Assembly (NCBI RefSeq): GCF_963921235.1 | Contig: NC_086097.1 | Span: forward strand, 14,074,001 to 14,138,000 | From: Mobula hypostoma | Lineage: Eukaryota | DNA: 64,000 nt | Reading direction: 5' to 3' | In this document: positions 1 to 12,370 of the stretch, piece by piece | How the letters are laid out: every line of letters begins with the position of its first letter | How positions within the stretch are numbered: the stretch's first letter is position 1 | Made by a program: the position numbers and the translations under genes | Notes under the pieces: generated by a model | What the model saw: the letters and a program-made list of their open reading frames with translations, nothing else | Databases searched by the model: none | Told to the model about the DNA's origin: nothing

Positions 1-39
1 TCTTCAGAATTGTCTTGAAGGTCCTCTTGACGCTGTTGT

Positions 40-441
40 TGTGCGATACATTTTGTGAGTTTGACCTTGGTTTTCTAAGCAAATAGATTCTAGGAAACCT
101 AATATCTAACAACAGTGGTTTGCTATTGCCTTCCATTGGGCGAACTGAAGAAATCGCCATTTCCCTTCCCAAATGTTCATCCGCCTGTACTATAGCCGTT
201 GTCATATGAGGTCGTAGCTAATCAGCCTTCCCCATCATAAGTTCAGTTACTGAACCTGCCGGATCTGCCGTTGGCCTTCACTCGTATCTTGAGCAGGAAC
301 CCTTGCAGGTGCTACTGTTCTGGATCAGAGCAGTCAGGGAGTAATGAATGACTAAGGGGTAACTCCATTTTCCCCAGAGCTCTGAAAGTCCCCAATCAGA
401 GCCTCATCACCGGTTGCAGTTTAGAGTTATACCTAGGACGC
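40..441. mobile_element. Degraded retroelement remnant, possibly RTE-related
   Basis: The motifs GTGGTTTGCTATTGCCTTC and CCTCATCACCGGTTGCAGTTTAGAGTTATACCTAGGAC resemble RTE-associated repeat ends; no ORF. Confidence 0.3.
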
Positions 442-444
442 TGA

Positions 445-596
445 GCTTGTTAAGTTTTTGATTAATCAGGGTGTTAACGGTTATGGGGATAAGGCTAGAG
501 AACTGGGTTGAGAAGGATAATAAATCAGCCATGATGGAATGACAGAGAGAGTCAATGGGCTGAATGGCCTAATTCTGTTCTTATGTCTTATGGTCT
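445..596 (+). mobile_element. CR1 LINE 3' end fragment
   Basis: AATCAGCCATGATGGAATG...GGGCTGAATGGCCTAATTCTG...TCTTATGGTCTT 3' UTR and tail, shared with many copies in the window. Confidence 0.75.
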
Positions 597-1074
597 TCAT
601 AATGGAAGGGATACAAGGGAAAAGCTACTTGAATGCCAATATTACTGTTAAATTAATAAAATTAAAAAGAAAGCACAATCAGAAGCAAGGATTACAGTGA
701 TTTGATCCTGCTGGAGACAATGACCCTGGGTAACTACACAGAATCACCAGCTAGCTGAAGTGAGACCAGGGGCAGTTCCTGATCAGGGGAGGATGGATAC
801 ACTTCTTACCTGGCCTCTCACATTTAGTCAGCTATGACTGATATATCATTAAAGATGGATGAAAAAGTGTCAGGAGCTATGAAAAGGTTATCAGGGCTAC
901 CCTTCATCCTACTCCTCCTGAGGCCTACTCACAACTCTTGGTCTGCTCTCCTTTGCAGAAAGGCCACAGTGGCAAGTCCTTGAAGTGACTGGGAGTCGCA
1001 AAGCTTCAGAAGTTAAGTGAAACCATTGGGGGAAGAGCAAGGAATGTAAAAAGGCTAGAGGGGCTTTCAGTCAA

Positions 1075-1305
1075 CAGTAAAGGAAAGGGAGGATGGAAGG
1101 CAATGAAGGAAAGAGTCAGAAATAAAATTGAATAGAGGACAAGAAAGAGGCAGCAAGAAAATAAATGAGAGAAAAACAGAGATAGAAAGGCAGAAATAGA
1201 GAGGTAAAATGAGGGAAAGAGAGAGAATGAAATAGAAAGAGAGAAACGACACAATGTGAGAGAGAAAGAAGAGAGGGGGAAAGGAAGAAAGAAAAAAGAA
1301 AAAAG
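1075..1305. repeat. Purine-rich (GA/GAAA) low-complexity tract
   Basis: Almost pure A/G; explains the spurious F/L/S-rich minus-strand ORFs. Confidence 0.85.
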
Positions 1306-3144
1306 TTTGACATAGAAATGTATTGGAGAAGCTCAAGACTTTTGAAAGTACACTTTAGTAAGGGCTAAGAAAGAAAAGGACTAATTAAGAGTCAGAGATG
1401 CTAAATTAACGAATAGGCTTCATTCTGGTCAGTGTAGCTGACTTACAGCAGTGAGGCCACTCTCCACCAGATTTCAGTATTTTTTTTCATACTACCACAA
1501 CATCCTTTTCACAGCTCAAAGGAACTTCATGTACAACCACAGCTGGCGTTTATATAACAGCTTTAATAACATCCCACTCACTCGACAGAGCAGTTAAGAC
1601 AATGCTTCGAAATTGGGAAGACATCAGAGGTGAAGTCCAAGGATGTGCTTGAAGAATGGAGGCTTCAAGGAGGCAGATGTGGAACAAGGAGGAGAGAGTT
1701 CAAGTCGCAAGATTACAGTGGATAATTCATTTACATGCAAGCTATCTTCCCAGAAACAAAGAAATAACAACACATTTTTCTTTTCCAATAATGAAAATGA
1801 TGTAAAGGTTGGAAGGTTTTTGCACCAGAACAGTGTGAATTCTATGCTATTAATGTGCACAGGAGAGAGCTGTTAATCAGCATGTTATCAGTACACCACA
1901 AGTATGTGGCCAATCTATTTACAATTTTTGAAGAGAAGGCAGGTCTCTGCTCATTTTCAAAGACAGTTTTCTCCAGTTCCTGTGAAGTGTGTGCGTCTGC
2001 GTAGTAAAATGAAAAATACAGAGTGTTTATCTATTGTGGTAGGCAGAACATGAGGACAGGTGGATGAATAGCAAGACAGGTAGCTGAAATGGTGGATATT
2101 GGAAGAATACTTTTAGATTTTTGAGACTAAAATTTCAGAAATGACATGTATAATTATCAGGAAAAATCTTAATTGAAATTTGCTGTAATTACCCAAACAA
2201 GTGTTGAGATATGCTATTGAAGTGGACTACTCCCTGGACAGGTTAACAGCTGCTATAACTTGTCTTGCAGTATTCTTCACCTGCCAAAAAGCCTCCAAGC
2301 TAAACTGAAGTGGGCGGCATCAGACATGGACATTAAATTTTCAGCACTTACCAGTCTTTGCAAAGCACAGACAATTATGATTAAAATGTGACTCGGTGCC
2401 AAATGAAAGACACAGCTGGAAAGACAGATTTAGTATCCATCTTATCACCTGAGAATCTTCCTTCGGAGCTCGCATAAATTGTTATTAAAATCATCTGGAA
2501 AAAGGGTGTTGTATCAATGCCTTAAAACTTAACACATATCTGAGAATTTTGCAGATGTTCCTACACTTAGGTTGTCACTCTGGTGTGCATTCCTTGTCTA
2601 CCGAGGGGGTTTTTGGAGCCGTAATGTAGATTAGAAGTCAGATAAATCTTAAAGTCAGTTGACAACCATTCAGTTTTGCAGTGCTACCTGTGACACCAAC
2701 CAATGACAAGCCTTTGAACCAGAGCCAACTTGTGTAATCATTATTAATTTTAATAAGAGGTCAGCTCAAAAATGAGGCGTCAGATCGAAATGTACCCAAA
2801 TCTTGGGTGTGTTCCATTGGGTTGGGCTACAATTGGACTTTATCCAGGACACCCTACAGCTTCTCTAATTAAATTAGGTAAGGTTTTCGGGAACAGGCAG
2901 TAGGTTACAATCGGTCATTCTGGCACACAGTACGATGGCCCAGAAGTTGTTCCTACCAGGCTTTGGTTTTACCAGGCCTGTGTATTGGTGGTAGGCGTCA
3001 ATTCCTCCCCAGATGCGCCAGGTTACTAAAATTCATGGTTCAGTGGCACCACAAATATAGGCACTACAACCCAGATTCAATAAAGACTTCTGATGCTGAC
3101 TCTGTGAAACCTGCAAGTTCTCTCAGTGATCAGATTCAATGCAT

Positions 3145-3780
3145 TAACAAAGTAAATTTTTTATCAGTATATGTCACTTTGAGATTCATTTTCTTCTTGC
3201 CATTTACAGGAATATAAAGTAACATAATAGAATTTATGATGAACTCTACATCAACAAAGTTTAGAATGGGGGTTAAGATCAGCCATGATAAAGTGATGGA
3301 GCAGACTCGATGGGCCAAAAGGATTAATTCTGCTCCTATCTCTTATGGTCTTAACAAAGACTGACAAAGACCCAATGTGCAAAAGAAGGCAAATTGTGCC
3401 AATAAAAAATAAATAAAATAACGCTGAGAATGTGAGCTGCACAATCCTTCAAAATGAGTCATTATGTTGTGGAATCAATTCAGAGGTGAGGTGAGTGAAG
3501 TTGTCCACGCCATTTCAGGAGCCTGATAATTGTAGGATAATATCAACTCCCGAGCCTGATGGTGTGGGACCTAAGGCTCCTGTACCATCTGTCCGATGGG
3601 CTGTATCCACCACTTGCTGTAGGTATTTCCATTCCTGGGCATTGGTGCTTCCAAACAAGCCATGATGCAGCCAGTTAGGATAATCTCTACGGTGCATCAA
3701 TAGAAGTTTGTCAAAGTTTTAGCCAAGGTCTTCATTCAGACTTGCCAAATCTACTTAAACATGCATGAAACTAGAGATGC
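3145..3780 (-). mobile_element. Rex1/Babar-type LINE 3' fragment with a nested CR1 3' end (~3262-3352)
   Basis: AAAGTAAATTT...GAGATTCATTTTCTT 3' end recurs at ~11620, 57333 and 58650; the minus-strand translation resembles the Rex1 C-terminus. Confidence 0.6.
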
Positions 3781-3781
3781 T

Positions 3782-4022
3782 GCACGTGTGTTTCCTGCTG
3801 GTGCTCTGGTTTCCTCCACAAACCAAAGACAAAAGGTTGATAAGTTATTTGATCACCTTAAATTGCCCTCAGTGTGTAGACCAGGGCAAAATCTACAGAG
3901 CTGTTGATTGGAATGTGAGATATAAAAGCAGGCCTGCATAGAGATGATGTATCAAGGTGGCTGATGGATCAACATGGGTGTAGAGGACCAAGGAGCCTGT
4001 TTCCATTTTGTATCTCTCTCTC
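3782..4022 (+). mobile_element. Degenerate V-SINE
   Basis: V-domain-like GGTGCTCTGGTTTCCTCCACAAACCAAAGAC followed by AAATTGCCC...GTGT. Confidence 0.55.
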
Positions 4023-4024
4023 TC

Positions 4025-5158
4025 TGTTTATTGACTATAGCTCAGCATTTAACACCATCATTCTCACAGTCCCGATCAAATTGCAACAGAAACTTGGCTC
4101 TGTACCTCCCTCTGCAACTGGATCTCTCCTTCTTAACTGAAAGGCCACAATCTGTACGGATTGGAAACGACACCTCCACCTCGCTGATAATTAACACTGG
4201 TGCTCCACAGGGATGTGGGCTTAGCCCACTGCTCTATTCTCTTTCCACCCATGGCTGTGTGGCTTGGCATAGCTCAAACAGCATCTATAAATTTGCTGAT
4301 TATATAACCACTGTTGGCAGAATTTCAGATGGTGATGAAGAGGTGTACAGGAGCAAGATATACCAGTTAGTTGAGTGGTGTCACAGCCACAACCTTCTAC
4401 TCAACGTCAGCAAGACTAAAGAACCGATTATGGCTTCAGAAAGGGTAGGACGAGGGAACACAAGCCAATCCTCATGGAGGGATCAGAAGTGGAGAGAGTG
4501 AACAATTTCAAGTTCCTGGTTGTCAGTATCTCTGAGGACCTAACCGGGATGCAATATATTAATGCAGCCATAAAGAAGGCAAGACAGTGGCTATATTTCA
4601 TTAGGAATTAGAGGAGATTTGGTTTGTCATCTAAAACACTCAAAAACTTCTACAAATGTACTGCGGAGAGCATTCTGACTGGCTGCACCACCATCTGGTA
4701 TGGGGGGGGGACGGTCACTGCGCAAGATTAAAATAAATTGCAGAGAGTTGTAAAATTAGTTAGCTCCATCATGGGTACCAGCCTCCATAGTATCCAAGGA
4801 GCAGTGTCTCACGAAAGCGGCGTCCCTCATTTTGGATCTCCACCACCCTCTTCACTCTGTACTGTCGGGAAGCCTTAGGCACACACTCAGCGATTCAGGA
4901 ACAGCTTCTTCCCCTCTGCCATCCAATTTCTAAATGGACATTAAACCCACAAACACTACCTCACCACTTTTTTTTATTTCTGTTATTTTTGTGCTACCTA
5001 TTTTAACTTAACTATTCAATAGACATATATATATACTTAATGTAACTCTGTTTTTTCTCTATATTTATTTATCATGAATTTCGTTGTACTGCTGCCATGA
5101 AGTTAATAAATTTCACGGCATATGCCAGTGATATTAAATCTGAACTGATTCTGATTCA
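4025..5158 (+). mobile_element. 5'-truncated Rex1/Babar (L2-related) LINE, RT pseudogene
   Basis: ORF 3974-4501 carries RT motifs GAPQGCGLSPLLYSL, KFADY and LLLNVSKTKE; the C-terminus is disrupted; CTGATT-type tail at ~5140-5158. Confidence 0.85.
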
Positions 5159-5866
5159 GTTTCTGTGGCTCTATCAGCGCACAGATCTTGTCTGAATGAA
5201 GGCAAACATCTCACACCCAGAGCTCAGTTGCACAAAACTACATTACTAGCACCCAGCCTGAGTTGGGCCTTCAGAGGGTGTGGTAGGGGCGGCGGGGGAG
5301 AACACAATACGAAAGTCTAACTGAGAATTTCCTAACTGATTCAGACTCATGGAAATGCAAAGAGAATGAAATTATGAAGAGAAGGATAACCACAAAAAGG
5401 ATGACAGCTCATAACAAGGGAGCGACTGGAAGGAGCTTACTCAAAGTATTACGGTTGAGAGCTGATCTGAGGATTAAGATGCAAGTTGTAAGGATACAGC
5501 GCTAAGCAGTGGTCAGCAAAAGTCTCTGTGTTCAGACGTTGTGCCTAACACTGTACCCATCTTCTACTGTTTGCTTCTGTCAGCTTTTGGAAGCTGAATA
5601 TGCATCTATGCAAAATGTACATAAATGCTGCAGTAATTTGTGTTCAGCCAAGTACGTGTTATGTGCATGGTTAGCACACAGAACAGAAGGTTAAATGTGT
5701 GTGTAATGTACCTGTGTATGTGTTCAGCACATACATCAGAGATGATATTGCATAACATAACAACATAACTTTACATAACATACTGTACATGTTTAACTCA
5801 GGCGACTGATGACAAGTGTGAATAATGCATGTATTGAGTAGATGAAATAGTAGATACATATGCATA

Positions 5867-5972
5867 AACATAAGACATTCTGCAGATACTGGAAATCAAA
5901 GATAACACTCTATATTCCTTTCCATAGGTGCTACCTGACCTGGTGAATTCCTTCAGCATTTTGTGTGGATAA
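5867..5972. mobile_element. Penelope-derived mini fold-back insert
   Basis: TCTGCAGATACTGGAAATC (minus tail) joined to a plus-strand ATAGGTGCTACCTGACC...CAGCATTTTGTGTG; flanked by ATATGCATA repeats at 5858-5866 and 5973-5981. Confidence 0.6.
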
Positions 5973-7019
5973 ATATGCATACTGTACATGTTTAGCAGAT
6001 GCAACAAAGGGTAAATGTGTTCAATAAGCAACATTAAAACAGAGAGTTTGTTTGTTCGTTATGTGCTGTGGTGTATGACGATGGCAATTATGGCCATGAT
6101 TGTTGTTGGAAAAAGAAGAAAGAAGATGTGGATAATGTATATGGATAAATTTTAACCCCATTTTTTCCTTGGGAAGGGCACAGCACAAGCTCATTGCAAT
6201 TTCAGAGAAGAGGCAAATATTATGAGAAAATAATAGTTGGTAGAAGTTCTCCAACAAACACCATCAAGATAAAAGAAGTGTTACTAATGGAAAAAATGGA
6301 AGAATTGGCACACAGGGTTTTTGAGCACAGGATTTTTTGCAGGAATTGGAATACTTGTTATCACAGAAATTGTGACTTATTCAAAAGGGAGACAGAAATG
6401 CAGTCGAAGGAGACAGAGGAACAAAGGTGGACCATGCATCTCCTCAAACCTATTCAAACCCTCAATAAGATGATAGGCAAGCTGCAACTTAATTGCACTG
6501 ACCTTTAAAAGATCAGTCAAAGCATATTCAACCAATCTCAGCTTTGAGATTATCAATTGACTCAAGAAACACTGAAGAGGAGAGAACAGCAGATTTCACC
6601 AGGTGGAGATGTGCTTCCTGACATCATTACATACCAATCTGCCCTGATTTTAGAATTGTCCTTCCTTCTTCTGGATCATCTAACTTGGTTATAAAATAAA
6701 GGCAGGGCAAGTTCAAAAACCGCAGCAGGTCAGGTGGCATCAAGAGATAGGAAAGGAGAGAAAAGAGAAAGAAAGAAAAAAGGAGAGAGAGAAAGAGAGA
6801 GAGACAGATAAAGACAGAGAGGGGAAGTCAATGAATCTCAGTTCTGGATAAAGTTAAATTATGAAGTACTTTAAAGAAAGGGAGGGGATGGAAAGAATGA
6901 AAGGGAAGGTCTGTGATAGGCTGAGAACAGGAAAGACTAAATGACACAAGTAGTGGCGGTGATGATAGTTCAGAAATTCATGAGGACCATAGAGAAGTGA
7001 AGAGCAAAAGTCTTTCTTT

Positions 7020-7222
7020 TTACAGGGTAGGGAAGTCCAAAACTCAATTACAGAGGTGTATAATGAGAGTGGAAATATTTAAAAGGGACCTGAGGGATAA
7101 TTTATTTTCACACAGAGGGTGCTGATTGTATGGAACAAGCTTGAGAGAAAATGATAGAAATGAATATTTTTATGATGCTTAAAAAGCTTTCGGACAGTTA
7201 CAAGGATATGAAAGGCTTAGAG
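7020..7222 (+). mobile_element. CR1 3' fragment, split by the hAT insertion (resumes ~10082-10200)
   Basis: TTTTCACACAGAGGGTG...TATGGAAC; the two flanks rejoin as ...AAAGGCTTAGAG|AAATGTGGCTCAAATGCAGGCAAATTGGACTA. Confidence 0.75.
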
Positions 7223-10081
7223 CAGTGGTTCCCAAACTTTATTAGATTACCACCCCCTTGGCTCCCAGACCACATTCCCTTTCCAGGTATTACATAAAAA
7301 CTATAAAGGATATTGATTTACAATGCTTAGTGAAAGAAAATAAGCACTGCGAATTCAAAGCAGTGACAAATAATTACAAATATTATTCAAATCTACTCAA
7401 AAATATAAGTAAAAATATTTCTTTAATTACAGTAAAAACAATTTTAATCAATGATTTTAGAGCATGCATTAGTGGTTCAACAATTCACCACCTCATTATT
7501 TTTCATTTTTCAATGAGAGGGATGGGCTTGGTGCAGCGAAATCAGCTTCTCAATATCAGGCTGAATGTCAATCAGAAGGCATCTCAAATCCCCACGTTCA
7601 GTAATTTGTAGTCTGTTTCATTGTTTTAAATAAAGTTAAGCAACTGCACTGAAATTGCACTCCACTAAATATGATGTTGGAAAGTCAATAAAAATCATAT
7701 TGACCTTTTTCCACACTGCAGTATAGTGTTCAGAGATTTCTTCGTGCAAGCAAAAGACTTCGTATGTCTTTTTGAACCTTGGCTTCAGCTCAAAGTCATC
7801 TTGTAGCAAGATCCTTCCTTCATCCTTCCTGTTAATTCTTTATAACAAGTGCTCAGGAATGGATTTATTACGCAATCTGGAACTTGGATGAAAGTTCGGA
7901 GGGCGGAGCTAAGTTAAGGTAGCACTAAACGGCGACTCTTTTGCTTGCATCTTCGGAAACAGCTTTATTTCTATCTTTGGTAGCTCTTTTTTTTTCTTTT
8001 CAGTGTTTTTTTGAAGACCCTGACCTGGAGTTACACTCTGACTTCAGTTCTTTGTGGGAATGGGACCCTCTCTCAGGGCCTTACGACCAGCTGCTTTTTG
8101 ATATGCCAAGGACACGGCCTGGAAAACTAGTGCATCATCAGGGTGCCAGATTTTCGTGGCTCTGGAGACGGGCTGATTCAAGGTTGTTGCACCCGCCTGA
8201 GACATCGTGGGAACACAGAACATCGGGATCTATGTGTCCAGAGCCGATTCTCTGGGTGCTGAGCTCGGAAAAAGTGACACAACAGGCTCTTAGCATCATA
8301 AATCAGCGAGTTGTTTGTAATGTCTCCCCTCTCATTGTGAAAAGTGGACACCTCTTTTTCCCTTATTAGGGAGAGAGAGAGCCTGTGGTATGTCAAATTA
8401 CCGTGTGAACAAGTAATCATTTCTATACTGCACGTCTGTGTCTTTATTGATGCTTTGCTGCACGCTTGAGTGCTGGGTGGAAGGCGCTGATGCTTTTTTG
8501 CTGGTGGGGGGGGATTGTTGCCTTGCTGCTGCTTGTGCGTGGGAGGGGGAGCTGGGTGGGGGGCTTTGGGGTTCTAACGTTTAACTGTCATTCATTCTTT
8601 GGGGCACTCCTGTTTTTGTGGATGTTTGCGAAGAAAAAGAATTTCAGGATGTACGTTGTATTCATTTCTCTGACATTAAATGTGCCTACTGAACCTATTG
8701 AGGTCTCTGAGCTTTTTGCGACAAGATGAATTACGCAGTGAATAGTAAAGGGAAGGGAATAGTACTTTATTTTCAAGAAAGTGAAAAGCCTACGATGGTG
8801 TCCAGTCAACAATGTTGCACCATCTGTTGCCCAAGTAAGAATGTTGATGAACGGAATGTCCTTCTTTTTGAAAATTTGCTCCGCAACCTGAAATATTGCC
8901 TCCTCCTTTATATCTGTTTCTAGTACCCTTGGAAATAACAACTCATGCTTTTACCTTTTATGAAGCAAACATAACAAAGAAGCAAATATTAGTTTCCTGG
9001 CAAAGTTGACTCATCCAATTGCAAAACAAGTTCTGTTGTTCTAAGTATGTTGCACAATGGTTCTTCCACCTTCTCAGACATTTTTTTCTATTCGTCTTTG
9101 AACAGAGTTGCTGCTGAGCAGAGTCACTGCTTGGTCTTGAGACTTATGCCAAACCATAATCAAAATCTCCATTACTGCTGGCAGAATCAACTTTTTTCCA
9201 ATTGTATGGAGCTTTCCAGATTTAGTAATCAGTCATGAAATGTTGTATTAAGCATGCAAACCATCACTGTTTTGTTGTGAAATGCTGGCACATGTGCTTT
9301 GAAGTGTTTTCTGTTTCTGTAAGTTTTTAGGAAGTGACTAAAGTGAATAAGCCAAGTTCTCGTTTGCTTTATCAGCTTGTATTCTCTTCGAATGTTCAAG
9401 GAGCCTGGATGGTTTCATTGCCTCATTTGAAATAAAATTCACACAAAAGACACATTGACTGCTGTTGTTTGCTTGGTGCTAGTATAAATCCATATTTCCA
9501 ATATTCCACACTTTCAATCATCTGTTGTTTAAGTCCAACCTCAAGTGCTGCCACCAATAAAGGGGAAAATTATGATGTCATCATAACTCAGGCAAAGCCT
9601 AACTCTCTGCCTGAAGGTAGATAAAGTGGGACAGCGATACCTCAGTTGGGCAGTAGGCTAGAGAAATACGGTCAAGGCCATTTGAAAGAGCCTAATCTGA
9701 GGTTTACCCCATTGAATGCCATACTTTAATTCATAGGATATGCGTCACTGCATGCTTAAAGTATGGGAATTGTATCAGCTGTACTACAGCAGTGAATGCC
9801 AAGTACAGAAGTGTCTCATTGCTCTTCAACGCTTCATGCAAAGTCTAAGAGAACGGTGGGTTAGCAAGATATGAAGTGATTACATAATCATTGTAATCAA
9901 TTATATGACACTAAGGATCAAATGCTTATAATAAGTAATTCATTTCTTAAATTAAGCCTGCAATCCCTTATCTGCCCCTATTTCCATCAAGTGCCCGCCC
10001 ACCATCTCCTTTATCTTTACTGCTGCATTAGAAACTCCGCCAGGGGTGGGGGGGCGCTATCACCCACTTTGAGAACCACAG
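7223..10081 (-). mobile_element. hAT (Buster/Charlie-type) DNA transposon, internally deleted, transposase pseudogene
   Basis: TIRs CAGTGGTTCCCAAA / TTTGAGAACCACAG; 8-bp TSD GCTTAGAG (7215-7222) / GTTTAGAG (10082-10089) with central TA; minus strand gives BED-finger-like KYGF..CLLC..SNEAMKPSRLL, ATDGA and HCVIH, and the dimerisation motif FPTSYLVECNFS. Confidence 0.9.
7897..8701 (+). mobile_element. Non-autonomous retroelement (~0.8 kb) nested in the hAT transposase
   Basis: Second copy in reverse at 10867-11580; ends in GACATTAAATG plus a CCTA(C/T)TGA repeat tail. Confidence 0.7.
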
Positions 10082-10685
10082 GTTTAGAGAAATGTGGCTC
10101 AAATGCAGGCAAATTGGACTACCTCAGCTAGGCAACTTTGTCAGCATGGACAACTTGTGCCAAAGGTTCAATCCCATGCAGTACCACTTTATGACTCAAT
10201 ATTCCTCCCTATCAGATACAGTAATCTTCACAAAATTCTCAGCCCCCTTAGTCTTCTATTTTAATGAGAGTACAAACGTAATCTACACAATCTATTTTAA
10301 GAATTTAGCACCCATACTGAGAATGAAGAGAAGTGTGGCAAAGGTATTTGATTTAATTTACTTTCAAGACCAAGGCATCATTACTGAAGTAAGCAATTAT
10401 TCAGAAAGTAGATCTGAACTGTCTTCTTAAACCACTGCAGTCCTTTTATTGAAGATACTCACTGAGTGCTCTTGGGCAAAAGCTTCAATAATCTAGGCCT
10501 AGAAATGATATGGGACAGGCAATATATTCCGAGTTAGAGCCCCAAGAAGAGAGATAAAAAGGATGTGCAGCACAGAAATAAACTGAACATCAGGCATCCA
10601 TTTTAGTCTCCCCACATTCCTATCCACTACCCCTGCAATTCTGCCACTAACTACACAATTTACAGCGACCATTTAATCTCTACCT

Positions 10686-10866
10686 CCAAGAAGACCACAA
10701 CCTTGTTACAGAGTTTGGAGTTTTGTGTGTCTTAATGGCCCAGAGAGCTATGTTGACTGGAGTCAGAGCCTTGTGCTTTGGCTCTCAGTAGGGTCACCCA
10801 TATCAAACAGGGTAGAGGCCAGGCTAAGAGTACATCCAGCGGCCCTCCACGTTCGGATGTTCAGCT
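10686..10866 (+). mobile_element. RTE-derived non-autonomous element, 5' part
   Basis: CAAGAAGACCACAACCTTG...AGAGCTATGTTG...AGGGTCACCCAT, homologous to the copies at 31225, 32190 and 62134. Confidence 0.65.
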
Positions 10867-11580
10867 CATTTAATGTCAGAGAAATGTATACAATATACAT
10901 CCTGAAATGCTTTTTCTTTTCAACCACCTACGAAAACAGAGGAATGTCCCCAAAGGATGAATGACAGTTAAATGGTAGAACCCCAAAGTCCCCCGCTCCA
11001 GCTCCCCACCTCCCCCACGTAAGCAGCAACAAGCAGTAATCCTCCCTCACCCCACCGGCAAAAAAAAAGCATCAGCACCCACCGCCGAGCACTCAAGCGT
11101 GTGCAAAGCAACAGCAAAGAGAGAGACTTGCAGTACTCCAAAGACTACTTCTTCACCCGGTATTCAACATACCACATGCTCTCTCTCTCCCTGATAAGGA
11201 AGAAAGAAATGTCTCCGTTTCACAGCGAGTGGGGAGACATAACAAACAACTCACTGGTTTACAATATTAAAAGTCTGTCTGATCTCGGATCTCTGGGCAC
11301 ACAGGCTTAGATCTTCCATCTCCCATGACACACCGATCTGCCCGAACACCAAACTTCGATCCGCCCGTCTCCAGAGCCAGGAGATCTCAGAGGCGAGCCC
11401 TTGGCGTGCCGAATAACAGCCAGTCGTGAAACCCTGAGAGCGGGTCTCATTCCCGCAAAGAACCTTAGTCAGCGTGTAACTCCAGGTCAGGGTTTTCAAA
11501 AGAACCTTAAAGGGAAAAATAGAGATATTAAAGATGGAAATAGCGGTATTTCCAAAGAGCCAAGCAAAGGAGTCCTCCTA
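10867..11580 (-). mobile_element. Second copy of the non-autonomous element at 7897-8701
   Basis: CATTTAATGTCAGAGAAATG and GTGTAACTCCAGGTCAGGG match the first copy in reverse complement. Confidence 0.75.
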
Positions 11581-11619
11581 AGCTCCTCCTCCTTTACTTT
11601 GTATAGAAGTCACCAATAG

Positions 11620-12370
11620 AAGTTCAAAGTAAATCTATTATTGAAGTACATATATGTCACCATTCAAGATTTATTTTCTTGCAGATGTTCACTGTTGAAT
11701 GTGGTGTCACAATAGTAGAGTGGATAGTGGCTATTACAGCTTGAGAATTTGGAGTTCAGTTCCAGCGTCCTCTGTAAGGAAGTTTGGATGTTCTTCCCAT
11801 GTACGTGTGGATTTCTCCCAAGTGCTCCAGTTTCATCCCACAGTCCACAGACGTACCAATTAGTAGGTTAGTTGGTCATCGTAGATTGTCCTGTGTGTTG
11901 GCTAAGGTTAAATCATTGGGTTGCTGGGCAGCATGCTTGTTGGGCTAGAAGGGCCGTTTTCACACTGTATCTCTAAATAAATAAATAAAACAAAGAAATA
12001 CAACAGAATCAATGAGAAACTACACACAGACAAAGATTATGACAATGTGCAAAGAAGACAAACTGCAAATTACAAATAAATAAACAGATAATTTTATAAG
12101 TAAATATATATAGATGTATATAGATAGACAAGCAGACAAACTAAGAGCATGAGTTGTGGAGTCCTTGAAAATGAATCCATAGGTTATTGAATCAGCTCAG
12201 GGTTGAGCTGAGTGAAGTTATCCCCTCTGGTTCAAGAACCTGATGCTTGAAGGATAATAACCGTTCCTGAACCTGGTGGTGTGGATCCTAAGGCTCCTCT
12301 ACCTCCTTTCTGAAGGCAGCAGTGAGAAGAGAGCATGGCCTGAATTGTGGGGCTCCTTGGAGATGAATGT
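11620..12370 (-). mobile_element. Rex1-type 3' fragment containing a V-SINE
   Basis: AAGTTCAAAGTAAAT tail; CCGTTCCTGAACCTGGTGGTGTGG...AAGGCTCCT. Confidence 0.65.
11702..11990 (+). mobile_element. V-SINE (tRNA-derived; HE1-like superfamily)
   Basis: B-box-like GGAGTTCAGTTCC, V-domain GTGCTCCAGTTTCATCCCACAGTCC, (TAAA)n tail. Confidence 0.75.

Noticed and set aside
1006..1336. Hydrophobic membrane-protein-like ORFs
   Set aside because: They are translations of a GA-rich low-complexity tract
6194..6565. 104-aa ORF and the overlapping minus-strand ORF
   Set aside because: No recognisable domain; probably an ancient LINE remnant or a chance ORF
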